Part shown: positions 45,617-55,631 of the stretch, piece after piece
Position numbering within the stretch: position 1 is the stretch's first letter
Layout: each line of letters begins with the position of its first letter
Origin: Candidatus Cloacimonadota bacterium
GTDB taxonomy: Bacteria; Cloacimonadota; Cloacimonadia; Cloacimonadales; TCS61
DNA: 55,631 nucleotides
Direction of reading: 5' to 3'
Assembly: GCA_030620155.1 (NCBI GenBank)
Contig: JAUXFF010000001.1
Span: 1 to 55,631 of the forward strand
The notes under the pieces: generated by a model
Told to the model about the DNA's origin: nothing
What the model saw: the letters and a program-made list of their open reading frames with translations, nothing else
Database searches by the model: none
Position numbers and translations under genes: made by a program

Positions 45617-47263
45617 ATGCGTTTTAAGATTATTTTCTTTTTAATTTTGCTTTTTTCTTTCTTATTTGCAGAAAACTACATGGAATTAATTGCAGAACTT
45701 ACAGGTGAACATCCTCGCTCTGAATTTGGTTTTCAGGTTGCAAGTTTGGATTTTAACGGTGATGGAATTGATGATCTTGCAGTTGGTGCACACAAATGGG
45801 ATCCTGAATACCCCGGTTGGCCTGCCCAGGCTAATCCTTGGGGAAAAATATATTTCTATTTTGGAAAAGAAGAAGGCTTTGCTGATTCGGTTGATTTTAC
45901 TATATCCGGTTATGATAGTTTAAAAAACTTAGGTAACCATCTTGAAAATCTTGGTGATATGAACGATGATGGTTATGAAGACCTAGGATATTTTTCTTAT
46001 TATTACGATTATGATGAGGATTTATCACATTATTTAGCTAATATTTTATTAGGAAATGATATTATGGACTCCATTCCGGATTATACTTATGAGTTTCTCG
46101 GAAATGAGTATAACGCTGATAATACTCCAGACCTGAAATGGTTGGGTGATATTAACGGAGACGGGTATGATGATACCGGATTTGTTATCTCAAGAAATAC
46201 AGCCACTAATGAAGATTGGGTATATTTAATTTATGGAAATGAATTTGAACTTCACTATTTTTGTCAGCTTGGTATTAACAATACTCGAATTAGTGGTATA
46301 GGAGATGTAAATAATAATGGGTTTAATGATTTTATCATTGGATATTACGGATATGAATATGTTATTAAATTACTATATTTTGGAGGTATTGAAAATGATT
46401 CTATCACTGATATCATTTTAACAGATACTGCGCCCTATCCTTACTATGATACGACCGGAGGAATTGCTATTGGAGACTGGAATGGTGACGGAATTGATGA
46501 TTTTAATGTTGGAATAGATTATAACGGACCTGACATATGGTTTGGCTCGGAAATAATGCTATCACAACAAATGCATTTGAATTTCAATGATTGGTTAGTA
46601 AACAGAAACAATGATTTCGGTGATTTGAATGCAGATGGAAAAGATGATTTTGTTGCTGGAAATCCAGGAGGTATGGCTGGTATTAATGGAGATGCATATG
46701 TATATCTCGGTTGTCAGAATGGAACTTATGACTATCATATTGAAGGGGATCATGGTGTTGGTTTAGGTTGGTCAGTTGCAGTAGGTGACTTTAATAATGA
46801 TAATTGTGATGATATTGCAGTTGGAGGTAAAGGTAATAATGCTTCATTTATTGACAATTGTTACTGTGGTAAAGTTTATGTTTATGCAGGTAATCCTGAT
46901 CTAGAGGAAGCAGACCCCAATATTGCAGTTGAAGAAGAAATTATTCCAAAACCAGATGTAGAATTCAATGCTTATCCAAATCCCTTTAATCCAAGTATTA
47001 ATTTCGAAATTATAGCAGAAGATTATAATAATCTTCAAAATTGTCCGCAGTGGCGGATTGAAATCTTTAATATCAAAGGACAGAAAGTACACACAATTCC
47101 TTTATCCTTCGACACAGCTTGTCCTGAGCAGAGTCGAAGGGCTCAGGATGACGGAATTGAATGGAATGCAGAAAATTGTGCTTCTGGTGTTTATTATTGT
47201 AAACTTGTTAATGTCGGGACAGGTAAAGTACTGTCTGTAAAAAAAGTAACACTTTTAAAATAA
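45617..47263 (+). CDS. FG-GAP (integrin-alpha-like) repeat protein with T9SS C-terminal sorting domain
   Basis: Signal peptide, LDFNGDGIDDLAVGA-type repeats, and the C-terminal YPNPFNPSINFE...IEIFNIKGQKV...SGVYYCKL domain. Confidence 0.85.
   Translation: MRFKIIFFLILLFSFLFAENYMELIAELTGEHPRSEFGFQVASLDFNGDGIDDLAVGAHKWDPEYPGWPAQANPWGKIYFYFGKEEGFADSVDFTISGYDSLKNLGNHLENLGDMNDDGYEDLGYFSYYYDYDEDLSHYLANILLGNDIMDSIPDYTYEFLGNEYNADNTPDLKWLGDINGDGYDDTGFVISRNTATNEDWVYLIYGNEFELHYFCQLGINNTRISGIGDVNNNGFNDFIIGYYGYEYVIKLLYFGGIENDSITDIILTDTAPYPYYDTTGGIAIGDWNGDGIDDFNVGIDYNGPDIWFGSEIMLSQQMHLNFNDWLVNRNNDFGDLNADGKDDFVAGNPGGMAGINGDAYVYLGCQNGTYDYHIEGDHGVGLGWSVAVGDFNNDNCDDIAVGGKGNNASFIDNCYCGKVYVYAGNPDLEEADPNIAVEEEIIPKPDVEFNAYPNPFNPSINFEIIAEDYNNLQNCPQWRIEIFNIKGQKVHTIPLSFDTACPEQSRRAQDDGIEWNAENCASGVYYCKLVNVGTGKVLSVKKVTLLK
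47121..47152. repeat. 32-bp palindromic element embedded in frame in a T9SS sorting domain
   Basis: GTCCTGAGC-AGAGTCGAAGG-GCTCAGGATGAC is translated as (A)CPEQSRRAQDD. It is the same element, in the same + strand orientation, as 17150-17181 in valS. Confidence 0.8.
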
Positions 47264-47466
47264 GAACTTTTCAGAATCTAATACTACATTAGACCAATAG
47301 AGTAAAAAACAACAATTCCTAAAATTAATAGATACAGAATTAAGATTCCAATTTAAAATTAGTTTGACGTAAAAATATTTATTTAATATTTATTACTTAA
47401 TATGATTTTTTGCTGACTGGATAGTGGACGCTCAATAAAAATTGGCAGTTTAAAAAGGTTAAAAAA

Positions 47467-49239
47467 ATGAAATTATTCCTTACTCTTTGTTTAATTTTTA
47501 TATTAAGCAGTGCAATTTTCTCATATAGTATTATCGATAGTCTCGAAATTAAGCTTCAGAAAGCTTCCGGGATTGAGAAAATTGAAATACTAAATTCATT
47601 ATCAGAGCATTATAGAGAAAATTCTCCTGAAAAAAGCATTGGATATGGTAATCAAGCTCTTGAAATTTCAAAGAAAATCAACAATAAAAAATTACAAGCT
47701 GATGCCTTAAATAATATTGCGAGTGGATATTACTTTCTAAGTGAATATGATGAAGCACTTAAATATTATCAGAAATCTTTATCAATAAATGAGGAAATTA
47801 AAAATTTCGTCGGTGTAGCGAAAGTTTTAAATAATTTAGGTCTTGTTCATAGAAGAATTAACAATTTGGATAAAGCTTTAGAATATTATTTACAATCCTT
47901 GAAGATCGAAGAGGAAATTGAGAATGAAAAAGGTATCTCCATGTCTCTTTGTAATATAGGCAACTTTTATTATGATACTGATGATTATTCTAAAGCTTTG
48001 GAATACTATCTACAAGCTTTAGCGATTTACGAAAAAATTAGAGATGATAAAGGTATTGCGACTATTTTGAATAATATTGGTATTGTATATGATGAATCAA
48101 AAGATTATTACATTGCATTGGAATATTACCTGAAATCATTAGATATTGAGGAAGAACTTGGTAATAAGAATGGTATAGCAACTACTTCCAATAATATTGG
48201 ATTAGTCTATTATAATTTGGGAATACCTGACAAAGCTTTGGAATACTTGTTCAAATCACTCCGAATTACAGAAGAAATAGGAGAAAAATACGGAATTGCA
48301 AATACGTGTATTAATATTGGTAAATTATACGCTGTTATTGATAATTTTGATAATTCTATATTGTATTTAAATAAAGGTTTACAATTATCAAATGAAATTG
48401 GCGCTATTGATCTTAAGATTGATGCATATTCTCTTTTATCTGATGTATATTCAGATAATAAAAACTACAAAAAAGCTCTTGAATACAACACCCTTTATTC
48501 TAATGAGAAAGAAAAAATATATGATAGGGAAAACCAGAAAATTTTTACAAAAATAGAGTCACGATTTGAGACTGATAAAAAAGATCAGGAAATTAACAAC
48601 CTGAAAAAAACCAGCTATTTGTATATAATATATTTTTTGATTTTTATCCTTATTATTATTGTTTCTATCATTATTTTTACTAAATATCGTTTTAGAGAAA
48701 AAATCATAAAAGAAATGCAAATTGTGAATGAGCAATTAAAACAAATTGCCAGAACCGATCCATTAACGAGATTATCCAATCGAAGAGGTATATTGGAGAA
48801 GATTGAATATGAGAAACATCGTTTTGAGAGAAGTGGAAGACCTTTTGTACTGATTATGAGTGATATTGATGATTTTAAATCAGTTAATGATCAACATGGT
48901 CACGAATGTGGAGATTATGTTCTCAAATCACTTTCTCATTTAATGATCTCTTTTTTAAGAAAGCAGGATGTAGTTGGGAGATGGGGTGGTGAAGAATTTT
49001 TGTTTTTATTACCGGAGACCACCCTGATCGGTGGTAAGGGTTTAGCTGAAAAATTACGAAAAAAAATCGCCAACAACCAGTTTTACTTTAAAGGATCAGT
49101 TGTTAACATTACAATGTCATTTGGAGTAAGTCTCTACAATGTTAAAGATGCAGATACTGATGATTATATAAGAAAAGCTGATCAAGCTTTATATAAAGGG
49201 AAAAAGCAAGGCAGAAATCGTGTAGTTATGCCAGAATAA
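47467..49239 (+). CDS. TPR-repeat sensor diguanylate cyclase (signal peptide, TPR array, TM helix, GGDEF)
   Basis: About eight repeats of the ALEYYLKSL type, the TM segment YLYIIYFLIFILIIIVSIIIF, and a GGDEF domain with RWGGEEFLF and DPLTRLSNRR. Confidence 0.85.
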   Translation: MKLFLTLCLIFILSSAIFSYSIIDSLEIKLQKASGIEKIEILNSLSEHYRENSPEKSIGYGNQALEISKKINNKKLQADALNNIASGYYFLSEYDEALKYYQKSLSINEEIKNFVGVAKVLNNLGLVHRRINNLDKALEYYLQSLKIEEEIENEKGISMSLCNIGNFYYDTDDYSKALEYYLQALAIYEKIRDDKGIATILNNIGIVYDESKDYYIALEYYLKSLDIEEELGNKNGIATTSNNIGLVYYNLGIPDKALEYLFKSLRITEEIGEKYGIANTCINIGKLYAVIDNFDNSILYLNKGLQLSNEIGAIDLKIDAYSLLSDVYSDNKNYKKALEYNTLYSNEKEKIYDRENQKIFTKIESRFETDKKDQEINNLKKTSYLYIIYFLIFILIIIVSIIIFTKYRFREKIIKEMQIVNEQLKQIARTDPLTRLSNRRGILEKIEYEKHRFERSGRPFVLIMSDIDDFKSVNDQHGHECGDYVLKSLSHLMISFLRKQDVVGRWGGEEFLFLLPETTLIGGKGLAEKLRKKIANNQFYFKGSVVNITMSFGVSLYNVKDADTDDYIRKADQALYKGKKQGRNRVVMPE

Positions 49240-49252
49240 CAGAAATGGAAAC

Positions 49253-50518
49253 TTATTCAAAATAATAAATTGCTTTTATGGGATCAATCTTTGATGCTTT
49301 TATAGCAGGATAGAATCCTGAAATTAATCCAATAAATAGAGAAAATCCTAAACCTAACAGAACTCCTTGTATGGGAACAGGAAAATCGGATTTTAAGGCA
49401 ATAGCTATTACTTTAACTATAAATGTTGAAATCCCGATTCCGATTAAAGCACCAATCAAAGCTAAAATCACTGCTTCCAATATAAAATGAAGAAAAATAT
49501 CCAAGTCGGTTGCCCCAATGCTTTTTCTAACACCTATTTCCATCATACGTTCATTTATGGAGATCAGCAGTGTACTAAAAAGTCCTATCCCACCTACTAT
49601 TAAGGAAATTGAAGCTATAGCAGATAGCGTAATATTCCATTTCTTCATCATATCCTGCAATTCCTGGGTTATCTTTAACATTAAAGCACCAACATCATTA
49701 AAAGAAAAATCATGAGCCATCATATGTTTTGCTAGAAGTTTCTGGTGTGTATGGGTCTTCATTTCTGCAAATGTGTTATCATTCTCAGCCTGCAGATAAA
49801 TATAATCAACCGCATTTCCTGCTCGCAGATATCTTGAACCTGTAGAAAGTGGAATATAAACCGCTCTTAAATCACGTCTTCTTTGCCAGGGATTGAAATT
49901 CATTCCATCTTGATTTAAAACATCTAAGTCCAATACCCCAATAATTTTATAACGATTCGTGCCTATTTTAATTAATTTCCCCAGAGGGTTTTCATTTTTA
50001 AGATAATTATCCGCAAAATGATATCCTACAACACAAACTTTTGAAGAGTTAGCATTTTCAAATATATTAAAATATCTTCCGGAAAGAAGAGGATAAGTCT
50101 GTGCTTCAAAAAAATCTTTGTTTGTAGCTCTTATCTGTACATAGTCTTCATTTGTTTGATGATAATATTTTTCATAATTTTCAACTATTCCGTAAATATA
50201 TTTAGTTTTTATTTCTTTTTTCAACATCAGGTAATCAGAAAATGTTAAAGGTTTGTGTTCTCTTTTTATATATCTAAAACGCATTCTTCTGAAACTTGAA
50301 GTATTTTCTTCTCCTGAAGAAGGATAAATTAAAATAGAATTATTCCAACCCATGCCTTCCATTCTTTCATAAATCAGGTTTTTTAATCCATAAACAGAAG
50401 AAAACATGGTCACAACCGCAAAGACACCGATTATAATACCTAATAAAGTAAGAAAAGATCTTAATTTATGGGAAAAAATATTTTGCAGGCTGCTCTTTAC
50501 ACTTTCATTTAAGTGCAT
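49253..50518 (-). CDS. ABC transporter permease, MacB/FtsX family
   Basis: N-terminal TM helix (LRSFLTLLGIIIGVFAVV), a large periplasmic domain, and three C-terminal TM helices ending GFYPAIKASKIDPIKAIYYFE. Confidence 0.8.
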   Translation of the reverse strand: MHLNESVKSSLQNIFSHKLRSFLTLLGIIIGVFAVVTMFSSVYGLKNLIYERMEGMGWNNSILIYPSSGEENTSSFRRMRFRYIKREHKPLTFSDYLMLKKEIKTKYIYGIVENYEKYYHQTNEDYVQIRATNKDFFEAQTYPLLSGRYFNIFENANSSKVCVVGYHFADNYLKNENPLGKLIKIGTNRYKIIGVLDLDVLNQDGMNFNPWQRRRDLRAVYIPLSTGSRYLRAGNAVDYIYLQAENDNTFAEMKTHTHQKLLAKHMMAHDFSFNDVGALMLKITQELQDMMKKWNITLSAIASISLIVGGIGLFSTLLISINERMMEIGVRKSIGATDLDIFLHFILEAVILALIGALIGIGISTFIVKVIAIALKSDFPVPIQGVLLGLGFSLFIGLISGFYPAIKASKIDPIKAIYYFE

Positions 50519-52734
50519 TAATATAATTCCTTACCGCATTTCGGACACTTTTTATACTTTCCCTTAGATTTGGAATACATTTGTTCAAGATAATAGTTCC
50601 CACATTCAGGACATTTAATATTTAACGGCTTTATATTTGTAATGAATTTGCATTCCGGATATTGTGTACATGAGTAGAAATACCTGCCCTTTTTATTTTT
50701 CTTCTCTACAATTTCACCTGTTTTACATTCAGGACACCTAATTCCCAGGCTAACAGGCTTTGTAAATTTACATCTGGGATAATTGGAACATGCAATGAAT
50801 TTACCAAATCTTCCATTCTTAACAATTAAATCACTTCCACATTGGGGGCATTTTTCTTCAATTTTTTCTGACTCAATTACTTTTACTTTCCCTTCTTCAT
50901 CTTTTTCGAAACTTTTTATGTTTTTACATTGAGGAAAGTTTGAACATGCAAGAAACTGACCGTTTCTTCCCCATTTAATGACCATATCACCACCACATTT
51001 TTCACATTTGATATCAGTCTTCTCAGTTATGGACTCTTTTGCCTTTTTAAAGTTAACTTTACTGATCAAATTTTTTAATGAATCATAGTAATCACGAAGA
51101 AGATCATACCAGATAACTTTACCGTATTCCACATCATCCAGTCCGTTTTCCATTTTTGCAGTAAATTCAACATTGAAAAAATCTTCAAAGTTTGAGACTA
51201 AAAAATTATTAACGGTCAGACCTAATTCTGTTGGATAAAATCGCTTGGCCTTGATTCTAACATATTTCCTGGTTAAGATTGTGCTTGTTATTGAAGCATA
51301 GGTGGATGGGCGCCCGATTCCCTTTGATTCCAGTTCTTTTATTAATAAAGCTTCCGAATAGTGAACTGGCGGTTTTGTAAATCGTTGAAAACCTTCCAGT
51401 TTTTTTGGTTCCAGAGTATCACCCTGTTGATAACCGGGATCAATATTCTCACCAAGAGAAATCTTTGTATGAGGAAAAACCTCTATAAAACCTTTATCAA
51501 TAATGGTGGAACCGATAGTATTAAAAGTTGCCTTGCCTGCTGTAATATCCAGGTTCTTTGATTTTAATAAAGCAGGTAACATCTGGGTTGCTACAAATTT
51601 CTGCCAGATCAGAGTGTAAAGTTTTAATTGCTCTTGCTTTAAAAAGGGGCTTATGCTTTCCGGTGTTTTAAAAGGATTAGTAGGACGTATAGCTTCATGA
51701 GCATCCTGTGCTGAACTTCTATTCTTAAAAACCCTGGTCTTAGGATTAAGTTTCTCTGAACCAAATCTTTCGGAAATAAGATTACGACACATATTTAAAG
51801 CTTCATTCGCAACCCGTAATGAATCAGTTCTCATATAGCTAATTAAACCTACAGTTTCTCCATCAAGAGTTATACCCTCGTATAATTGCTGAGCAATCAT
51901 CATGGTTTTTTTCGCTGTGAAATTCAGAAGCCTGGCAGCATCTTGCTGAAGAGTACTGGTTATATATGGCGGAGAAGGATGAATTTTACGGGAAGTTTCT
52001 TTTATTTTTGATAAAATGAATTCATTATTCTTTATCTCTTTGAGAATATTATCAGTTTGTTCTTTAGTTTTAAGTTCTATCTTCTTATTTTCCCACTTTT
52101 GTAAAACCGCTTTAAAGGAAGGAAGTTCATTTTTACTTAATATAGCTTCTATGTTCCAGAATTCTTTAGGTACAAAATTCTTAATTTCCTCATCTCGTTC
52201 GCAAATTAATCTTAAAGCAACAGACTGAACCCGCCCGGCACTTAGTTTTGTCGTGATAATTTTCCAAAGAAGTGGACTTATATTATAACCAACAATTCTA
52301 TCCAGGATCCTTCTGGCTTGCTGGGATTCAACTTTTCTCTGATCAATTTCTCCCGGATTAGCTAAAGCATTTCTAATAGCAGTTTTAGTTATTTCATTAA
52401 ATATTATTCTGTAAATAGGTTTATTATTTATCTCTTTTTGTAGGACATTTACCAGATGCCATGCTATTGCTTCCCCTTCCCTGTCATGATCAGGTGCCAA
52501 ATAGATATTATCCGCAATCTCAGCAGCTTTTTTTAATTCAGTTATTATTTTTTTCTTTTTTGGATCTATAATATATTGTGCTTTGAAATTGTTCTGAACA
52601 CTTACACCAAAAGTCTTTTGAGGAAGATCTCTAACATGACCCATAGATGCCTTAATATTATACTTATTTCCTAAAAATTTACCAATGGTTCTGGCTTTTG
52701 CAGGCGACTCGACTATTATTAAATTTTTACCCAT
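50518..52734 (-). CDS. topA: DNA topoisomerase I
   Basis: TOPRIM N-terminus LIIVESPAKARTIGKFLG, active-site region ISYMRTDS, and four C-terminal CxxC...CxxC zinc ribbons. Confidence 0.92.
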   Translation of the reverse strand: MGKNLIIVESPAKARTIGKFLGNKYNIKASMGHVRDLPQKTFGVSVQNNFKAQYIIDPKKKKIITELKKAAEIADNIYLAPDHDREGEAIAWHLVNVLQKEINNKPIYRIIFNEITKTAIRNALANPGEIDQRKVESQQARRILDRIVGYNISPLLWKIITTKLSAGRVQSVALRLICERDEEIKNFVPKEFWNIEAILSKNELPSFKAVLQKWENKKIELKTKEQTDNILKEIKNNEFILSKIKETSRKIHPSPPYITSTLQQDAARLLNFTAKKTMMIAQQLYEGITLDGETVGLISYMRTDSLRVANEALNMCRNLISERFGSEKLNPKTRVFKNRSSAQDAHEAIRPTNPFKTPESISPFLKQEQLKLYTLIWQKFVATQMLPALLKSKNLDITAGKATFNTIGSTIIDKGFIEVFPHTKISLGENIDPGYQQGDTLEPKKLEGFQRFTKPPVHYSEALLIKELESKGIGRPSTYASITSTILTRKYVRIKAKRFYPTELGLTVNNFLVSNFEDFFNVEFTAKMENGLDDVEYGKVIWYDLLRDYYDSLKNLISKVNFKKAKESITEKTDIKCEKCGGDMVIKWGRNGQFLACSNFPQCKNIKSFEKDEEGKVKVIESEKIEEKCPQCGSDLIVKNGRFGKFIACSNYPRCKFTKPVSLGIRCPECKTGEIVEKKNKKGRYFYSCTQYPECKFITNIKPLNIKCPECGNYYLEQMYSKSKGKYKKCPKCGKELY

Positions 52735-52743
52735 AAAAAATCC

Positions 52744-53178
52744 TTAATTTATATCTTCGTTGAAAATTAAATCGCTATCCTGAACAAATAAAATCTCCAG
52801 GATATCTCTAATTGTAACTTCCCCCCGTCCTGAAAAAATTAGAAAGTTAACTATATCATCCATCATCCTTTTATCTATTTTCCTTTTTAGAAAAACATGA
52901 AGCTGCATTGACAAAGAGATAACATTTTCAAATAAATTCTTATCTATAGATTTTAAACTCAATAATTCAACCAGATAGCCAAAAGCCTCGGGAGTTATTG
53001 CTCTTCTTTCATCTTCTGCTAATATCCGATTATAGATTTTAGTTTCATTACTCTTTACAAGACCTTCCATAAAGACCTTTAATTCTTTTTCTGACATTTC
53101 ATACTTATCTAACTTCTTTCTTGTAAAACTGTTACTAAATAATTTTTCAAGAAATTCTTCTATACCTGAATAATCCAT
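52744..53178 (-). CDS. Smg-like (DUF494) protein
   Basis: About 144 aa, directly upstream of topA as in the classical smg-topA arrangement. RILAEDERRAITPEAFGYLVELLSLKSID resembles the central Smg block. This is recognition by memory only. Confidence 0.45.
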   Translation of the reverse strand: MDYSGIEEFLEKLFSNSFTRKKLDKYEMSEKELKVFMEGLVKSNETKIYNRILAEDERRAITPEAFGYLVELLSLKSIDKNLFENVISLSMQLHVFLKRKIDKRMMDDIVNFLIFSGRGEVTIRDILEILFVQDSDLIFNEDIN

Positions 53179-53210
53179 TAATTGACCTCTAACAATTTTC
53201 TATTATTTAA

Positions 53211-55631
53211 TCATATATTCACTATCTTACCACAGCATTTTTTATATTTCTTTCCACTGCCACAGGGACAAGGATCATTTCTTCCTACTTTATCTTCAAC
53301 CACCCTGGGTTTTAATTTTGGTTTTTCACCAGTTGGAGGAGGAGGAGTAGGTCCCAGGGATGCATCGGGAGCTGTAGCTCTGACTTTCTCAAATGCAGAA
53401 CTTGAAGCATGACGTTGTTGAGCCATTTTAAGAAAATCCTGTAAATCCTCAGGAGCGATAATATAAGTTGTAAATACCTTTTTGGCAACATTTCTATTTA
53501 TGTTCGATCCTAAGGTTTGGAACAAAGTGTAAGATTCTTTTTTATATTCGATTAACGGATCTTTTTGTGCATATGCCCTGAAGCCAATACTTTCTCTTAA
53601 TAAATCCATTTCATGTAGATGATCACGCCACAATTCATCCACAACACTCAATAATACTCTCCTCTCGATTTCCCTCATCTGGTGGGAACTGAGAGTTTCT
53701 TCTCTTTTCTGATATGCTTTTAAAACAACTTCTTCAATATTAGCAATTAAGTTATCAACAGTTGGATTTTCTTTAATCACATCTTTTTCATTTATAACTA
53801 CATTCAGATTGGATTTTATCCAGTTGAGGATATTTTCTATAGGCCAATTCTCATAATAACTTTCACCGGCAATTTCATTTTCAGTTAATTCTGCAACAGT
53901 ATCCTTTATCATTTCGACGATTTCAAACTTCAGGTCATATCCTTTAAGAACATTGCTTCTATAAGTATAAATCACTTCCCGTTGTTGATTCATCACTTCA
54001 TCATACTTAATTAGCTGTTTTCGGCTTTCAAAATTATAAGCTTCAACTCTTGTCTGGGCTCTTTCAACAGCTTTTGTCATCCATGGATGGATAATTGCCT
54101 CACCTTCCTTAAAACCTAATTTCATCATCATGGGTGCTAATTTATCCGGAGCAAATAAACGCATTAAATCATCTTCAAGAGATAAATAAAACCTTGATGT
54201 CCCCGGGTCTCCCTGTCTACCGCTTCTACCTCTCAACTGTCTGTCAATACGTCTACTTTCATGACGCTCTGTTCCTATTACATGTAATCCGTCAAGAGGT
54301 ACTCCATAAGGATTCTCCTCAGTGATTTTCTTTGATATATTCAAATATGTATTCTTTTCTTGGGTAACTACTCCGGAACCTAACTTTATGTCTGTACCAC
54401 GTCCTGCCATATTGGTTGCAATGGTGACAGCACCCGGTTCTCCGGCAGATATGATTATCTCTGCTTCCTGTTCATGATATTTTGCATTAAGAACATTATG
54501 GTTGATATTTTTTCTTCTTAAAAGCCTGCTTAAGGTTTCGGAAACCTCAACACTGACAGTTCCCACTAATATGGGTTTTTCCAGACCGTGCCAGTATTCT
54601 ATTTCATCTATGATAGCTTTATACTTTTCATTTTTTGTCAAATAAATCACATCTTCGTGATCGATCCTTGAAATAGGTAAATTAGTGGGAATAACTTTAA
54701 CAGGTAGATTGTAAATTTCCATGAACTCATCTTCTTCAGTTATTGCAGTTCCTGTCATACCCGATAATTTATCATACATTCTGAAATAATTCTGCAAAGT
54801 TACAGTTGCAAAAGTTTGAGTTGCTTCTTCAATAGTAACATTTTCTTTAGCTTCCAACGCTTGATGCAATCCATCACTGAATCTTCTACCAGGCATCATA
54901 CGACCTGTGAATTCATCGACTATGATAACTTTATTTTCAATCACTACATAATCAACATCTTTTTCAAAAATAGTATAACTTTTCAATAATTGTTTTATAT
55001 TATGGAGTTTTTCATTCTTATCTAAAAATTCAGATGTTATCTCTTCTTTTAATTTCTTTTTCTCATTGAATGATAGTTTGTCATTTAAATCTACTTCATC
55101 AAGTTGTTCATCCAGTTGTTCCAGAATAAATAACTCCGGGTCTTTCTGAGCTACAAGATCATTCCCTTTTTCTGATAATTCAACACTGTTCTGTCTTTCT
55201 TCAAACACATAGAATAATTCTGCATCGATTTCGTGTAATTTTTTATCTCTGATATAAAATCCTTCTACATCTTTAACCGTTTTTTTCAGTTCCTGATCTT
55301 TCATCAATTTAATAAATGATTTATTCCTGGGTGCTGCTCGGCTGATTAAAAGAAGTAACTTTCCAACCTCATCTCTATCAACTTCTTCTCTTTTAAGAAG
55401 TTCCTTTACTTCGAACAGATATCTATTAATTAGAATATTTTGAGCATTTACAAGCTTTAAAATAACCGGTTTTAATTCTTTATAAAAATTCTTACTTTCT
55501 TGAACCGGTCCACTGATTATCAGGGGAGTTCTGGCTTCATCAATGAGTACGCTGTCAACTTCATCAACTATGGCAAATTGGTGTTTTCTTTGTACAAGTC
55601 TTTCCACGGAAGGTGCCATATTATCACGAAG
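53211..55631 (-). CDS. secA: preprotein translocase ATPase SecA (5' end beyond the window)
   Basis: The frame stays open to the window edge (LRDNMA). Also present: [22 protein letters not shown], the [10 protein letters not shown] motif and the C-terminal zinc motif [14 protein letters not shown]. Confidence 0.92.
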   Translation of the reverse strand, partial: LRDNMAPSVERLVQRKHQFAIVDEVDSVLIDEARTPLIISGPVQESKNFYKELKPVILKLVNAQNILINRYLFEVKELLKREEVDRDEVGKLLLLISRAAPRNKSFIKLMKDQELKKTVKDVEGFYIRDKKLHEIDAELFYVFEERQNSVELSEKGNDLVAQKDPELFILEQLDEQLDEVDLNDKLSFNEKKKLKEEITSEFLDKNEKLHNIKQLLKSYTIFEKDVDYVVIENKVIIVDEFTGRMMPGRRFSDGLHQALEAKENVTIEEATQTFATVTLQNYFRMYDKLSGMTGTAITEEDEFMEIYNLPVKVIPTNLPISRIDHEDVIYLTKNEKYKAIIDEIEYWHGLEKPILVGTVSVEVSETLSRLLRRKNINHNVLNAKYHEQEAEIIISAGEPGAVTIATNMAGRGTDIKLGSGVVTQEKNTYLNISKKITEENPYGVPLDGLHVIGTERHESRRIDRQLRGRSGRQGDPGTSRFYLSLEDDLMRLFAPDKLAPMMMKLGFKEGEAIIHPWMTKAVERAQTRVEAYNFESRKQLIKYDEVMNQQREVIYTYRSNVLKGYDLKFEIVEMIKDTVAELTENEIAGESYYENWPIENILNWIKSNLNVVINEKDVIKENPTVDNLIANIEEVVLKAYQKREETLSSHQMREIERRVLLSVVDELWRDHLHEMDLLRESIGFRAYAQKDPLIEYKKESYTLFQTLGSNINRNVAKKVFTTYIIAPEDLQDFLKMAQQRHASSSAFEKVRATAPDASLGPTPPPPTGEKPKLKPRVVEDKVGRNDPCPCGSGKKYKKCCGKIVNI

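Noticed and set aside
53182-53412. 76-aa ORF on the plus strand
   Set aside because: It is antisense to the well-supported SecA C-terminus, and its low-complexity Gly/Pro run mirrors the SecA linker.

Overview
This is an AT-rich bacterial chromosomal segment (by eye about one-third GC; not computed). I can support 42 protein-coding genes and found no rRNA, tRNA or CRISPR array. The gene content and the NYPNPFNPSTTI-type T9SS C-terminal sorting domains suggest an FCB-superphylum organism, possibly Cloacimonadota-like; this is inference only. The housekeeping backbone is yicC, rnr, waaA, PMM/PGM, rdgB, valS, nusB, PIN-PhoH, alr, topA, an smg-like gene and secA (its 5' end runs off the right edge). 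Seven modules stand out. (1) A solo RAYT-type HUH transposase (9964-10614) is flanked by hairpin repeats, and almost every intergenic gap in the window is packed with modular GC-rich stem-loop repeats. The same 32-bp palindrome sits in frame inside valS and inside a T9SS sorting domain. (2) A 220-260 bp MITE-like element occurs as an inverted pair (24.25-24.53 kb and 39.80-40.04 kb) bracketing 15.3 kb. (3) Three tandem, mosaic lipoprotein paralogues lie at 11.9-16.3 kb. (4) A tightly packed nusB-GT2-radical SAM/SPASM-hyp-hyp-Nudix gene string lies at 19.8-24.2 kb. (5) Alanine racemase carries an unassigned C-terminal domain of about 260 aa and is followed by a 710-bp hairpin forest with a perfect 95-bp direct repeat. 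(6) A minus-strand catabolic supercluster encodes DUF2877-FdrA-DUF1116, a cyclase/formamidase-like protein, a three-subunit molybdenum hydroxylase, a family III CoA-transferase and an amidase. (7) Three T9SS cargo genes are built as promoter/signal-peptide/passenger/CTD cassettes, with CTD pseudogene scars, next to a periplasmic-TPR GGDEF cyclase. All functional calls rest on motif recognition in the supplied translations; no database search was possible.
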